DNA from: Haliotis cracherodii
Lineage: Eukaryota
Assembly: GCF_022045235.1 (NCBI RefSeq)
Contig: NW_027266279.1
Coordinates: 2,976,001 to 3,040,000, forward strand
DNA: 64,000 nt
Direction: 5' to 3'
Both the position numbers and the translations under genes were made by a program. Of this stretch, positions 28,201 through 41,800 are shown piece after piece; the first letter of the stretch is position 1, and each line of letters starts with the position of its first letter. The notes below the pieces were generated by a model that saw nothing but the letters and a program-made list of their open reading frames with translations, was not told where the DNA came from and searched no databases.

Positions 28201-31200
28201 AATCTAATATTTTTGTTCGAAATATTGACACATATCTGGTGACAGTGGCCAAGTCAGGGGTATAAACACCCTAGCTTATGCCATTGGCAACGTGCTTGCG
28301 AAATCAGCACGTGCATTATTCGGCATAAGGCGCGATCGACCTGGAAAATACCCAAGAAAGAAACAAGCCATGGTTTGCAGTAAACTACGTTTATAACGAA
28401 CACGTTTATAGCGAACTGACGGATATAATGAACTTAACAATGAAACAACAACTACTAATCAGAAGCTAAGTTTATAATAATGTTTATCATGATTCCAGAA
28501 GTCATGGACATAATGATAAGTGCTTAGAATGTATGTCTAATATATTAAACTGTTGTGGTTTATGTTACGCGATCACTTAACGCCTCAAAGCAGAATATAT
28601 TTATAATGATTGATAATCCTTATTCAGATACAACTTAGTGGGTCACAACCCGTGTCGAAGACACTTCAGAGGACCAGTTTCTTCAAGAATGGAGATGCAA
28701 TATCGTATCTAGTTCTGAAGGCAATCTATATAAGTGCAGCTCTTTTTTCAAATACCTCTTACTCAACCAAAACATATCTATCCTCTATTAGAATTGTGAA
28801 CTTGTAATCATAGATTCGCGGTCGAAACCGGGAGGAAGTAAAATAAAACTCACTTGACAAAGCAAACATGCCAACTATTAACCTCCCCTGTAGCTGCTGA
28901 TGAGTATCATTATTTATTTAAATGTGAATTCTTTGCTCTCTATAGATCTCTACACATCCCCGAATATCATTATCAGTTCTCCAATACCCATAAATTGGCA
29001 ACACTATGTCCACGAAACAGAAATGTGTGTAAATATACCTCCATACTCATGAATGAGTTCTAAAACCTTTCATCCTGATGTTAATTCAAACATGCAATGA
29101 CCCGTGAAGATCCGGGGTAGAATAGGTCTTCAACAACCCATGCTTGCCGTAAATGGCGACTATGCTTGTCGTAAAGGCGACCAACGGGATTGGGTGGTCA
29201 GGCTCGCTGACTTGGTTGATGCATGTCATTAATCCCAATTGCGTGGATCGATGCTCATGATATCAATCACTGGATTGTCTGGTCCAGACTCGATTATTTA
29301 CAGACCGCCGTCATATAGCTGGAATATTGCTGAGTGCGGCGTTAAACAACCAACCAACCAACCAACCAACCAACCAAACATGCAATGTATGTATACAATG
29401 GCTTAAATTGTTAAATGTAGATTTATCTAATGTTAAGTATGTATTGTATTGAGTAAATGAATGAATCTAAATCTGAATATTATCCAAATCATTTCCTCTT
29501 TTCCAATCTTCCAGTCAGCGTGTAGAACGCGTTACCATGTTTCTATCGTTTAAGCATTGGCAGACGGTATATTATTAGTATACATTTAGAAACTGTATTG
29601 CCTCTTGTCACGATCTGGCCCAAAGTAGGACAGCGTGATGTATAAAGTGTCGCGTTTGCTATCCGGTGTTAAACCACCACAGGCTTTGTCTGTTTCAAAT
29701 GAGTTTATGGTGAAACGGTAAATTACTTAAGACGGTTTACTGCGCAAACATTATTATCTCCATAGTAACAATACATTATCGTGTGAATAAGCATACCAAT
29801 TTTAGTTGTGTTTATCGGGAAGTTTTTAAAAATTGTTTTTGATCACGATTCGAATTACACGATGCTAAAAAATAGCCGTCCAAGCATATTTCTCTCACGC
29901 GCGAGAGCAATTCTGCGGATGGTTAGGGAAAGGAGCGATGGGGGTGGTGACGTCACATCCGAAACGAAGCTATGTTGACGAATGCACCAAGGGTATTTGT
30001 TATAATAGAATGGAGAATAAATACACCGGATAATCGGGGATGACTAGCCCGTTTACCTATCGTTGCAGATGTGTGCACATTATGACTGTGTTGTGTTATT
30101 GAACATATTAACCTATCATTGCAGATGTGTGCGCATTATGACTGTGTTGTGTTATTGAACATATTTAACCTATCATTGCAGATGTGTGCACATTATGACT
30201 GTGTTGTGTTATTGAACATATTAACCTATCATTGCAGATGTGTGCGCATTATGACTGTGTTGTGTTATTGAACATATTTAACCTATCATTGCAGATGTGT
30301 GCACATTATGACTGTGTTGTGTTATTGAACATATTTAACCTATCATTGCAGATGTGTGCACAACAGAGGAATGCGTAATGGCAGGTAAGAGAATTTTCTG
30401 TATCATGCTAGCCTTTAGCCAGTTGAAACAACGAGTGAGTGAGTATGGTTTTACGCCTCTTTTAGCAATATTCCAGTAATATCACGGCGGCGGACACGAG
30501 AAATGGGCTTCACACAGTCATTGTACCCATGAAGGGAATCGAACCCGGGTCTTCGGCGTGAGGAGCGAACGCTTTAACCAATAGGCTTCCCATCGCCCCG
30601 TTTAGACAACGAATCGTGTGTCACCGCCTCTCACACACGTCACCGCCTGTAACACACATGTCACCGCCTCTAACACACATGTCACCGCCTGTATCACACA
30701 TGTCACCGACTGTAACACACATGTCACCGCATCTAACACACTCGTCACCGCCTCTAACACACATGTCACCGCCTGTAACACACAGGTCACCGCCTGTAAC
30801 ACACATGTCACCGCCTCTAACACACATGTCACCGCCTGTAACACACATGTCACCGCCTGTAACACACATGTCACCGCCTCTAACACACATGTCACCGCCT
30901 CTAACACACATGTCACCGTCTCTAACACACATGTCACCGCCTCTAACACACATGTCACCGCCTCTAACACACATGTCACCGCCTGTAACACACACGTCAC
31001 CGCCTGTAACACACATGTCACCGCCTCTAACACACATGTCACCGCCTGTAACACACATGTCACCGCCTCTAACACACATGTCACCGTCTTTAACACACAT
31101 GTCACCGCCGCTAACACACATGTCACCGCCTGTAACACACATGTCACCGCCTCTAACACACATGTCACCGCCTCTAACACACATGTCACCGCCTCTAACA

Positions 31201-34200
31201 CACATGTCACCGACTGTAACACACATGTCACCGCCTGTAACACACATGTCACCGACTGTAACACACATGTCACCGCCTGTAACACACATGTCACTGCCTG
31301 TAACACACATGTCACCGCCTCTAACACACATGTCACCGCCTCTAACACACATGTCACCGCCTGTAACACACATGTCACCGCCTGTAACACACATGTCACC
31401 GCCTGTAACACACATGTCACCGCCTGTAACACACATGTCACCGTCTCTAACACACATGTCACCGCCTCTAACACACATGTCACCGCCTCTAACACACATG
31501 TCACCGCCTCTAACACACATGTCACCGCCTCTAACACACATGTCAGGCGGATGAGCAGCCCTCCAACATTACTATCCCCCAACAAACATATCTTGTCGAC
31601 AATAAGGGAAACAGAGAAATACATTTGAAATAAAACTGCTAGTTCCACTGACGACCCGTGATGTAACTGAAATTCTGTACTCATCGTGAAGCCATGTTAA
31701 AAGCGGCTCGAGTTTAGGCTATGGTTGGTTTGTTGTTTTACGCCGCACTCAGCAATATTCCAGCTATATGACGTCGGTCTGTAAGTAATCGAGTCTGGAC
31801 CAGACAATCCAGTGATTATAGTTAGCTCCACATGTGAGTGAACTGTAGCTGTGTATACAGAGGGTCTTCTTGGGCACCTTTACCGTTACAATGTGTATCA
31901 ACAGCCAGGTCGCGATACGATATACAAGTCGAATGTTGGTTGGTTGGTTTGCTGTTTAACGCCGCACTCAGCAATATTCCATCTATATGACGACTGTCTG
32001 TAAATAATCGAGTCTGGACCAGACAATCCAGTGACTGACATCATGAGCATCGATCCACGCGATTGAGATCGATGACATACCTCAACCAAGTCAGCGAGCC
32101 TGACCAACTGAGCATATTCGCCTTTTACGGCAAGCATGGGTTGCCGAAGACCTATTCTACCCCGGATCTTCACGTGTCTTAGGCTATGTGTAAGGACATT
32201 CAGGTCACTATACAGTGCATATACTTACTCAATTAATTAATAGTTTTGCGAGATACAGTCAATAGATGACGATTCCAGAAAGAGAATTATGTTGTGACTT
32301 AAATTGGTCATATGTTACTTAAGGTCTTCCAGCCTTTAGTATCACTCGATGACTATCTCTAAATTGTTCATAATCATTGTGCCTGTAGGTTAGTCACTGG
32401 AGTTTGAATGTATTATCTCCAGATAAAAGATAAAAGTAATTCACTTGAGTATTGGTCATTCCTATAGTCAATAATTACCCTTACTAACATGATAGGTGTG
32501 TCTAGAGACTCTGATCGCCTTTTCATTTCGTGTTTTCACTCGAATGACAATGCTTTGTTTTATGTATAAGGCCGTTAGCGTATCTTACAGGATACGAGGG
32601 TTTGATGGTGATAACAGCGTTCCTCAAATTTGTCCATTTCCTAAAGGTCACAGACCCCTGCTTATTTTACTGACTTGTCACGGCGAAACAATTTGCTCAA
32701 CTGACACAAGTTTTTTGACGATTAGCCTTTTTCACATCATGTAACGTGAACAACAAAAGATTTCACTTTTACGCAATTCCTTCTATGCGAGGCTCAGAAC
32801 TTATCAATCAACCCCCAAACTCAGGACCCAGTTGTACTAAACTTTAATTAACAATTAATTTCCGTTAACTAAAAAAACTTATGGATGGCCTAACACCTGT
32901 TTCAGCTTCCCGCCTGAGCTCGGTGATGGACTCGTCAGTCAACCCATGTGACAATTTCTACGACTTCGCCTGCGGCTCTTGGATGAAGAAGAACGTCATC
33001 CCTGAAGACAAGTCAAGCCTCGACATGTTTGGTGTGCTCCGGGACGAAGTCCTCGTCATACTAAAAAGTATGAAAAAATACACTGAAACCTTGTTAACTC
33101 AAAGTCCTTGGTCCCGTTTCAAAAAGCGGTCGTAGGCCTACGACTTTCGAAACTCATATACTTTAACATCGACTTTGTGTAGCTACGATCTCTTTGTGAA
33201 ACGGGACCTTGCGGACCATCAAAAATTATATGAGTTTTCTGTAGTTCGAGATAAGGAATTGACCTTAGTGGTCACATGGATTAAGAGAAGATCATGAAGT
33301 GACATCGACTTGAACGTTACATGGATTTCGATCTAGATTTTCGGAGCATTCAAAATATTTGGAACAATCCGCATTTAAAGATGTGTTGCCAGATGTATTT
33401 AAGCAATATTGTCATATGACATCAATGTGACATGTCTATGGATTTCGTGTTAACAAGGTTTTGCTGTACAATAAATAGTCAAATGTATCAGTACAATCTC
33501 GAAACCTACATCTCGTACGTCCATGTTGAAGTGTAGGAGTCTCGGGAGCCGTATAGCGTTAACATGACCTGGCATAGCGTCATCAGTAAGATGTTTCTAA
33601 TTCTAGGAAGCAAGCCTGTGTCGCTCCTGCACATGCGCCATCACAGCACCCAGTACCACGACTGTCGTGCCTCCCACACTTTAAAACTTCTTAATCTTTT
33701 GAATGGGTCCCAAGTGACTCCTGTGTCTCGTCAGAGCCATTTAAAATGAGGATCAGGGGGTAAAAATGTATAACTTGGCTGATTTGTGTCGTCGTACCCG
33801 ACGGGTTGGGTGTTGCCACTGGTTTGTCAGATCCAGATTCAATTATTTATACGTATCTTGAAACTGATACAAACCTCTTTTTTATGTCTTCCCAGCCTCA
33901 CCCGGAACATGCGATAGCCGAAGGTCGTAATTTAGAGAGGTGGTGAAGTAAAAACACATCGTGTCACAGGCATCTGACATTCGACCGACCTCGCCCCTTT
34001 CCGTAACCGGAAAAAGGTTTGCCAGGTCGACGGCATTCGTGACCAACTCGTTATTCCAGGACGAGCCAAATGGCCACTCGTGCCCCTCTCGTGGCCATTT
34101 TTACGACTGGGTTCCGTCTAAGCGTTAACGGACACAGCCAAAAGAATGGTCTATTCGTGGCGTAATGATACATGTATATCCCGCTTGATGCCGAGTATTT

Positions 34201-35793
34201 TTCTTCTGACATACATTTTCCTAAGATCGGAAAAGTAAAGACATCTACCTCCGGCGATATAATTACGCAGAGATGTAGCATATTAAATGTTCTATCTGAT
34301 GGTGTAAATTCTACTGCAAATATTAAACCTGTTTGAAAACAAGACACTGCTAAGAGTTCTCTGAGAATGCATTCTGCGTTGAAAAAAAAGCAAATTTCTC
34401 CGCTTTGTATCGTACACAGATAAAAGTACTGTGCGACGATTGTTTTTTATCAAGCAGCTTTAAGGAAAGGGGCGAGTGGTTACGAACCAGGTCGACGGAT
34501 CAATATGGTGCCGGCTGAGGCAACGAGTCACCTCAGAGATCTATTTTCCAGCAGAAATGACTAATTGTGTTCAGAGTGAGGCATCTCACACCGTGACAAA
34601 GTGAAATAGTCTTAAGAAGTAAAACGGAATAAAAGAATATATATATATCACAATATCACATATAAAACTGAGGGATATCAAATATACCTCCATTCTCTTC
34701 ATATGTTTCTCCATTGGGCTCATGAAATGTTTTGATGTAGTGGAAATCCAATTATGAGAGGCAGATGCTTCCCATACGTTCCACCTGCATTGTGGTTAAA
34801 CTGTGGGGCCGGATTCGATTCCCCTCATGGGTACAACGTGCGGTGCCCTTTCTTGAGTTCCTCCGCTATGATGTGGCTGGAATATTGCTGAAAGTTGCAT
34901 TAAACTCACTGGCAACCACCGTCGGATCAGATTTTACTACCGCCTCATTATTGCTTGAGTGAATGATGTCCAAAGCTGCAGTCGGCAATATTCCATCTAC
35001 ATCGTGGTGTCCTGTAAATAATCGAGCCTGGGTCAGAAAAACAATTGACAGTATGAGCAACGATCCACGCCAGGGGGTCTTGGGGTGGGGTGGGGTGGGT
35101 TGGGGTGGGGTGGTGGACGACGGGGATCATGCATTAAACCAAGTACAGCTCCGTGAGGAGCGTTATGCCCACAACCGGGCCAACCAATCAGTAGATGACG
35201 AAATAGTTGGTTTTATGTTCATGCTCGTTGGTTGCAGATCTCCTTGAGACAGAGCGGGAGAATGAGATTGAGTCGGTGAAGAAGGTGAAGGCACTGTACT
35301 CTTCCTGCATCAACGAAAGTAAGTATCATGTTACAGAGATCTTCTTCACCAGTCGATAGTTACAAGTATGTTTCCTTCTCCTCCTCCTCATGATCATCAT
35401 CATCATTATCATGGACACGGGTGGCCCAGTCCTCCAAGGCGCCACAAATCGATGTGCAGAGTTGCTTCCCCGAGCACGCCAGAAACCTATGATCGTGGGT
35501 TCGATTCCCGGTTCGCCCGATTATGTTTCTTGATTTGTCAGCACCATTCCCCCTGCTGGTGGATGTCACCAAAGTAAAAAAAACACGCCTGAGACCTGCA
35601 TCACTTCGAGCTTTCCTCCTACAGTAAGCTGACACGCCGTGATATAACTGGAATACTGTTCAAAGGGCGTTAAACCCAAATCTCTCACCCATCATCATCA
35701 TTGACATAGTGACATGTACATTTTATCCGCGCTGTCATTATTATTAGTGTTACGTCGTCGTCATAATCATAGCCACCATCATTATTACTATCG

Positions 35794-35831
<38 letters not shown>

Positions 35832-38800
35832 GCCGCCATCACCACCAAGCACTACATGTGCCGCTCTACCCACAGCGCAGCTGGAAGAGCGAGGTGCCGA
35901 GCCAGCCCTGCAGTTCCTCGTGTCCTTGGGGGGCTGGCCGATGATCAACACGTCCTGGAGGGAGGAGAACTTCGACCTGGTGGGGTCGCTCATCCAGCTA
36001 CGGAAGTACAACAACCACCCCATCCTCAGCATGAACGTCGGCACCGACCTCAAGAACTCTTCCCGACGAATTCTCTACGTAAGTCAGGGTTTCACGATTC
36101 GTGATAGTTTCCGAGACATTTCCCTATTTGCAGTGATTTAGTTTTGCAAGGTGGTGAACATGGATGACCCTAGTCTCTCCAGCATGCGCGGACACAGACA
36201 TATATACACATTCACATACACACGCACACGCAAAGGCTGACACCCATGGTACAACTGCGCGCACACACACGAACGTACACACACACCGCACACGCACGTT
36301 CACACATACACCTCCACTCACATTAAGCTGATACCCATGGTACAAATGCATGAACACGCACACGAACGTACACACACCGCACACGCACGTACACACACAA
36401 ATTAAACTGACACCCATGGTAACACAGTACACACACGCAAGTATGCACGCAAGCACACGCACGCACACAGTCACATCAAACTGACACCCATGGTAAAATG
36501 CAAATACCCACACACTCACTTCAAGTTTCCGTGAAGTCAACCATTCAAGAACTGTCCCCCATGATGTAACTGAAACACTGTAGAAAGCGAAGTTTAACCC
36601 AACTTACTCCCTTCCCCCCAAACTGTCCACACTCATCAGCCGTTGTGACCATCCGATCCTCATTTGTTTCCATGACAGGTTGACCAGTCCGACTTCGGCA
36701 TGCTAGGACAGAAGTACTACCAGCGAGGGCGCGATGACGTCATGTTGATGGCGTACGAGAAACTCATCACCAAAATAGCCTCTGAACTTGGTAATCACAG
36801 CATAGACGTGACAGCGGACGTTAAGGACATCGTGGACTTCGAAATACTGTTGGCCAATGTGAGTACCAGACACAGAGGCAAGGCTTGCGCTCAGTTTCAA
36901 AACATGATTCACGCCATACTTTGGTTGACCAAAGTTCTCCATACATGCTGAACCCCAAAACAGTTCGCAAAAGGTATTGTAGTGTGAATCAAAATTAATT
37001 CAATTGTGGTATGCAGAATAAGAAATCAATGATTTTTTAAAAACATTCTGATCAGAAGTACTTTCTTCTCCGTGTCTGATTTTCAACATTCAACCATTAA
37101 GTTCAAACCATGAAATCAATAAATAGCTTCTGATCATGTACAGTGCTATGACGTCATTATATATTGTTTTTTAAGAATTGACTTTTTTTGCGTTTATGGG
37201 GATAAACCAGTATTCACACTGTGTACATCTGAGTACGTAAAAAATAATGACAATCATATAAGTAACAAATACCATCAAAGACTTCTTATTAAAATAATTA
37301 ACACATACACCACGGTAGACAACGATAAAAAATAAGCAAAAATTCAACACAAGAAGCCAGATAAATGTCAAAATAGTTTACTGGAGGGCGTGGCCTAATC
37401 GTTATAGTTTCATGGAAACGCAAAACAATAGCTTGGTTAGCCAATCGATGCCATGGACACACTTTCAATATATTTATTTTAAGTCACTTGTAGTGTGCGA
37501 CGTATGGACAACCTAAAGAGTAAGTCAGTGAATTCCCCCTGTGAGTTTTTATCTCTGTGACGCCCAAAATATTGATCTTGAGAGTCCCCCAGGTTCTGTC
37601 CCCAGGCTGCGCCATCCCGAAAACGGCAAAAGATGGTACTTGTTGTTAACCTGCCTGGCGCACGGCATTAAGGGGGAAAACATGGATTGGACGGCTCGGA
37701 ATTAATATATCCGTGTTAAAACTACGGCATGGTATCTCAATGGGCGAGTACAAAAAAATGATATTAGTTAGGACTATTACAAGAAGATGCGCCCGCACGC
37801 ACACGCGGAGTCGGTTTAATGTACTTGAGTGGGCGACCCATGATAAAAACTGCGGCATGGTATTTCAGTGGGCGAGCACTATAAAACCGGTATCTCAGTG
37901 GGCGAGCATTATAAAACCGGTATCTCAGTGGGCGAGCACTATAAAACCGGTATCTCAGTGGGCGAGCACTATAAAACCGGTATCTCAGTGGGCGAGCACT
38001 ATAAAACCGGTATCTCAGTGAGCGAACACTATAAAACCGGTATCTCAGTGAGCGAACACTATAAAACCGGTATCTCAGTGGGTGAGCACTATAAAACCGG
38101 TATCTCAGTGAGCGAGCACTATAAAACCGGTATCTCAGTGGGCGAGCACTATAAAACCGGTATCTCAGTGGGTGAGCACTATAAAACCGGTATCTCAGTG
38201 GGCGAGCACTATAAAACCGGTATCTCAGTGGGCGAGCACTATAAAACCGCTATCTCAGTGAGCGAGCACTATAAAACCGGTATCTCAGTGAACTGGCACT
38301 ATAAAACCGGTATTAGTCCAGACAAGTACAAGCACGCACACACGCACGCGCGCGCACACACACTCACGTACGCACATTCAGACACACGTACACACACACC
38401 ACACAAACGCGCACATGCGCAAACGCATACACTTCCAGTCACGTTGGTAAGTGCAATAATCCTGAACGCTATACCCACATTTCATCTGACATGATTACGA
38501 GGCTCATGAAACTTCGTGTCAACATTAGCTCACCATGTTCTTATGAACCTGCAGATCTCCGTGCCTTCGGAGGACCGGCGAGACAGCGAGGACCTGTACA
38601 ACGTGTTCAACATATCCCAGCTAGCAGTCAGCTACCCCAAGGTACGCCCACACAATGACAAGTTTCTCAAATTAAGTCTTTTCTACCTAAATAACTTTTT
38701 ACAAAACCAAACCAAAAGTCTACATAAACGAGGTTTGAACTATTAGGCTTCGCTGACAAGGGCGTTGATGTTTATAAACACTGTAATAGTCTACCAAGAG

Positions 38801-41800
38801 ACCCGTGAATATCCGGGGTAGAATAGGTCTTCAGCAACCCATGCTTGCCGTAAATGGCGACTATGCTTGTCGTAAAAGGCGACTAACGGGATTGGGTGGT
38901 CAGGCTCGCTGACTTGGTTGATGCATGTCATCGATCCCAATTGCGTGGGTCGATGCTCATGATATTAATTACTGGATTGTGTGGTCCAGACTCGATTATT
39001 TACAGACCGCCGTCATATAGCTGGAATATTGCTGAGTGCAGCGTTAAACAACAAACCAAACCAAAACCAAAACCAAGATGAATAATGGGTATCCGACAGG
39101 CATGACGTGTGTAGAATGGGATTGACAACTGGTTGGTTGGTTTGTTGTTTAACGCCGCACTCAGCAATATGCCAGCTATATGACGGCGGTCTGTAAATAG
39201 TCGAGTCTGGATACGATGACATGCATCAACCAAGTCAGCGAGCCTGACCACCTGATCCCGTTAGTCGCCTCTTACGACAAGCACAGTCGCCTTGTCCGGG
39301 CAGCACGGGTTGCTGAAGATCTATTCTAGCCCGGATCTTCACGGGTCGATAAACAATGGAAGTTATGTACTCCCAGGGTGTTTCAGAAGGAATACTGGTA
39401 TAGGTAGTAGTGAGTGAATGTGCACGCTTAACGGTATTTCAGTTATACTAGACTAACGTTAATAATAATAACGTTTGAAAGCAACGTGTAACAACATTTA
39501 AATTGAAGAGGAGCCTGTGGGAATTCTGTGTACTTCATTTAAGGTTAAATAATTACAGTGAGGGCTGGAAGGGAAAATAAAATGGTTCAGAGACTGAGAC
39601 AGACTTCAGTTCCACAGCGTAGCAGCTAAATTGTGGAGGAAAAGTCGTGGACGTTTCGCAGTATGAAACCCAAGAACGCGCGCCTTTTGATGAGGGACCA
39701 CGAATAATAATCGGGGTGAATTTCTTAGGTGACAGTCAGTTGGACACAATCGTGTCTTCAAGCTACTTCAATTTACGTTTTTATTTAAAGTGAATATTTA
39801 CCAAGCGTGTAAGATTCTAAATCTGGGTAGAATCAAACGGTGAAGATGGAATTTCATTTGCAGTTTGACTGGTTGCGGTATTTCCAAGAATTGCTGAACA
39901 TGACGGAGGTGTCGCTGGAGGTGGGGGAAGGAGAACCAGTCATCAACAGGTCTCCTGTGTACTTTGAGAAACTGATGGTATTGCTTGAGGCCACGTCCAA
40001 CAGGTGAGGGGTGAGGCATTGATTATAGGTAGCTTCACATGTGAGTGAAGTGTTCGATATACAAGTCGAATGTTGTTTGGTTGGTTGGTTGTTTAACGCC
40101 GCACTCAGCAATATTCCATCTATATGACGACTGTCTGTAAATAATCGAGTCTGGACCAGACAATCCAGTGATTGACATCATGAGCATCGATCCACGCAAT
40201 TGGGACCTATGACATGCATCAACCAAATCAGCGAGTTTGACCATCCGATCCCGTTAGTCGCCTCTTACGACAAGAATAGTCGCCTTTTACGGCAAGCATG
40301 GCAAGATCTATTCTACCCCGGGTCTTCACTGGTCTGTGAAAGGAAGACATTGATCGATAGCTAAAGGGCGCAAGAACTCACGTAACACGTGACCTGAATA
40401 CATCACAACGGACTTCCCTTCCTGGACACTTTGTATGTAAGCCTCGTATGAGGATTAAAATTTAATTTAATGCAATTAACATGTAATGTTTTTTATGCCT
40501 GGTCTTGCAGAACACTAGCGAACTACGTTGTATGGCGTATCATGATGAACAGAGCTCACAATTTGAACGAGAAATTCAGAGATTTCTTCCAGGAGTATGA
40601 AAAGGTAAATATTTTGCCACACACTTGAATCTTTGAAACACTAAATTTCATCACTTTTCGCTTATGACAGCATCCACTATTTGCTTCCTAGGCCCAGCAC
40701 TGGTTGTTGCCCTGCTGGTGCGGAATCAGTTTGCAGCGTTATCTTTGGGATCACATCAGAATATTGATAATAATTATGGTCTTTCTCAATTGAAGTGAGT
40801 GAGTGAGTATGGCTTTATGCCGCTTTTTGCAATATTACAGCAATACCATGGCGGGAGACAACAGAAATGTGGGGAATCGAACCTGGTTATCCGAGTACCC
40901 GGAAACGTGTTTATGGTTTGAAGGGAAAGATGATATGAAGAGAGGCAACTGTACCAGACTCTCACCGCCGTAACGGTGTCTTTTTCACAGGTAATCTACG
41001 GAACGTCGACGTCGAGAGCCAGGTTCCGCACATGTGCATCTTATGTTGTCAATAACGTTGGCTTGGCTGTAGGCAGGATGTTCGTCGACGCCACGTTCGA
41101 TGAAGCCTCCAAAACGAACGTGAGTGATCGCCTTTGCACATGCAAACAATCTTTTTAAAAATGTCGGATATCTGTCATTTCCACCATGATTTCTTAATAA
41201 TAACAATCAGTGTCTAACCCCGTTTAAACTGCAGTGTGGGAGGATGAAAAGACAATGTTATTCAGATGTATTCCGCCAACGAGAAATTATTGAATCAAAA
41301 ACTTCCTGGCTCAGTATTTATACAATTATTCCGAATAACACTGTCCTCAGGCGGACGAGATGATTGCCAACCTCCGGGCGTCCTTCAAGGCATTACTTGG
41401 CGAACTCGACTGGATGGACGAAGCAACCAAGGCCGTCGCCAGAGACAAGGTCAGAGTAGAACAAATTGCTTGCTTAAGAAGCGACTTCTCTCATATTTCT
41501 TATGAAAATACCGTATTTCCTCCAGTAATGATAGTGGCCGAGGCGTACTAATAGGCTGGAAAACCTAAAGTTTCACGTGACCTAATTACGTCACAATCGA
41601 ATTCTCTTTCGCAAATGCGACAGGAGCATGTCATCTTGATTAAATTGTATCTTGCAAAACAAGCAATTTATTGAGTGAGGTTTAACATTGTTTAGTGCTC
41701 TGTGTTTTTGTAACCCAAATTCTCCACTTGTGAAATGGCAGCTCATGGCTGTAACTTTAACAGCTGGTCTTTATTACGAGCCAGCTTTCTATTAAAGGCG

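Noticed and set aside
30602-31684. Four 306-360 aa repetitive ORFs (antifreeze- or mucin-like appearance)
   Set aside because: Products of a 21-bp intronic minisatellite that is open in several frames on both strands; no splice or domain support.
37868-38494. 208-aa ORF of [10 protein letters not shown] repeats
   Set aside because: Translation of the 30-bp SINE-derived array inside an intron.
25817-40244. Recurrent short ORFs '[20 protein letters not shown]...' suggesting a small gene family
   Set aside because: Chance translation of SINE family A; frames and stops vary between copies.
40981-40996. AG|GTAATC at an exon start as a possible recursive splice site
   Set aside because: The bases encode normal in-frame residues of a conserved exon and the flanking introns are short.
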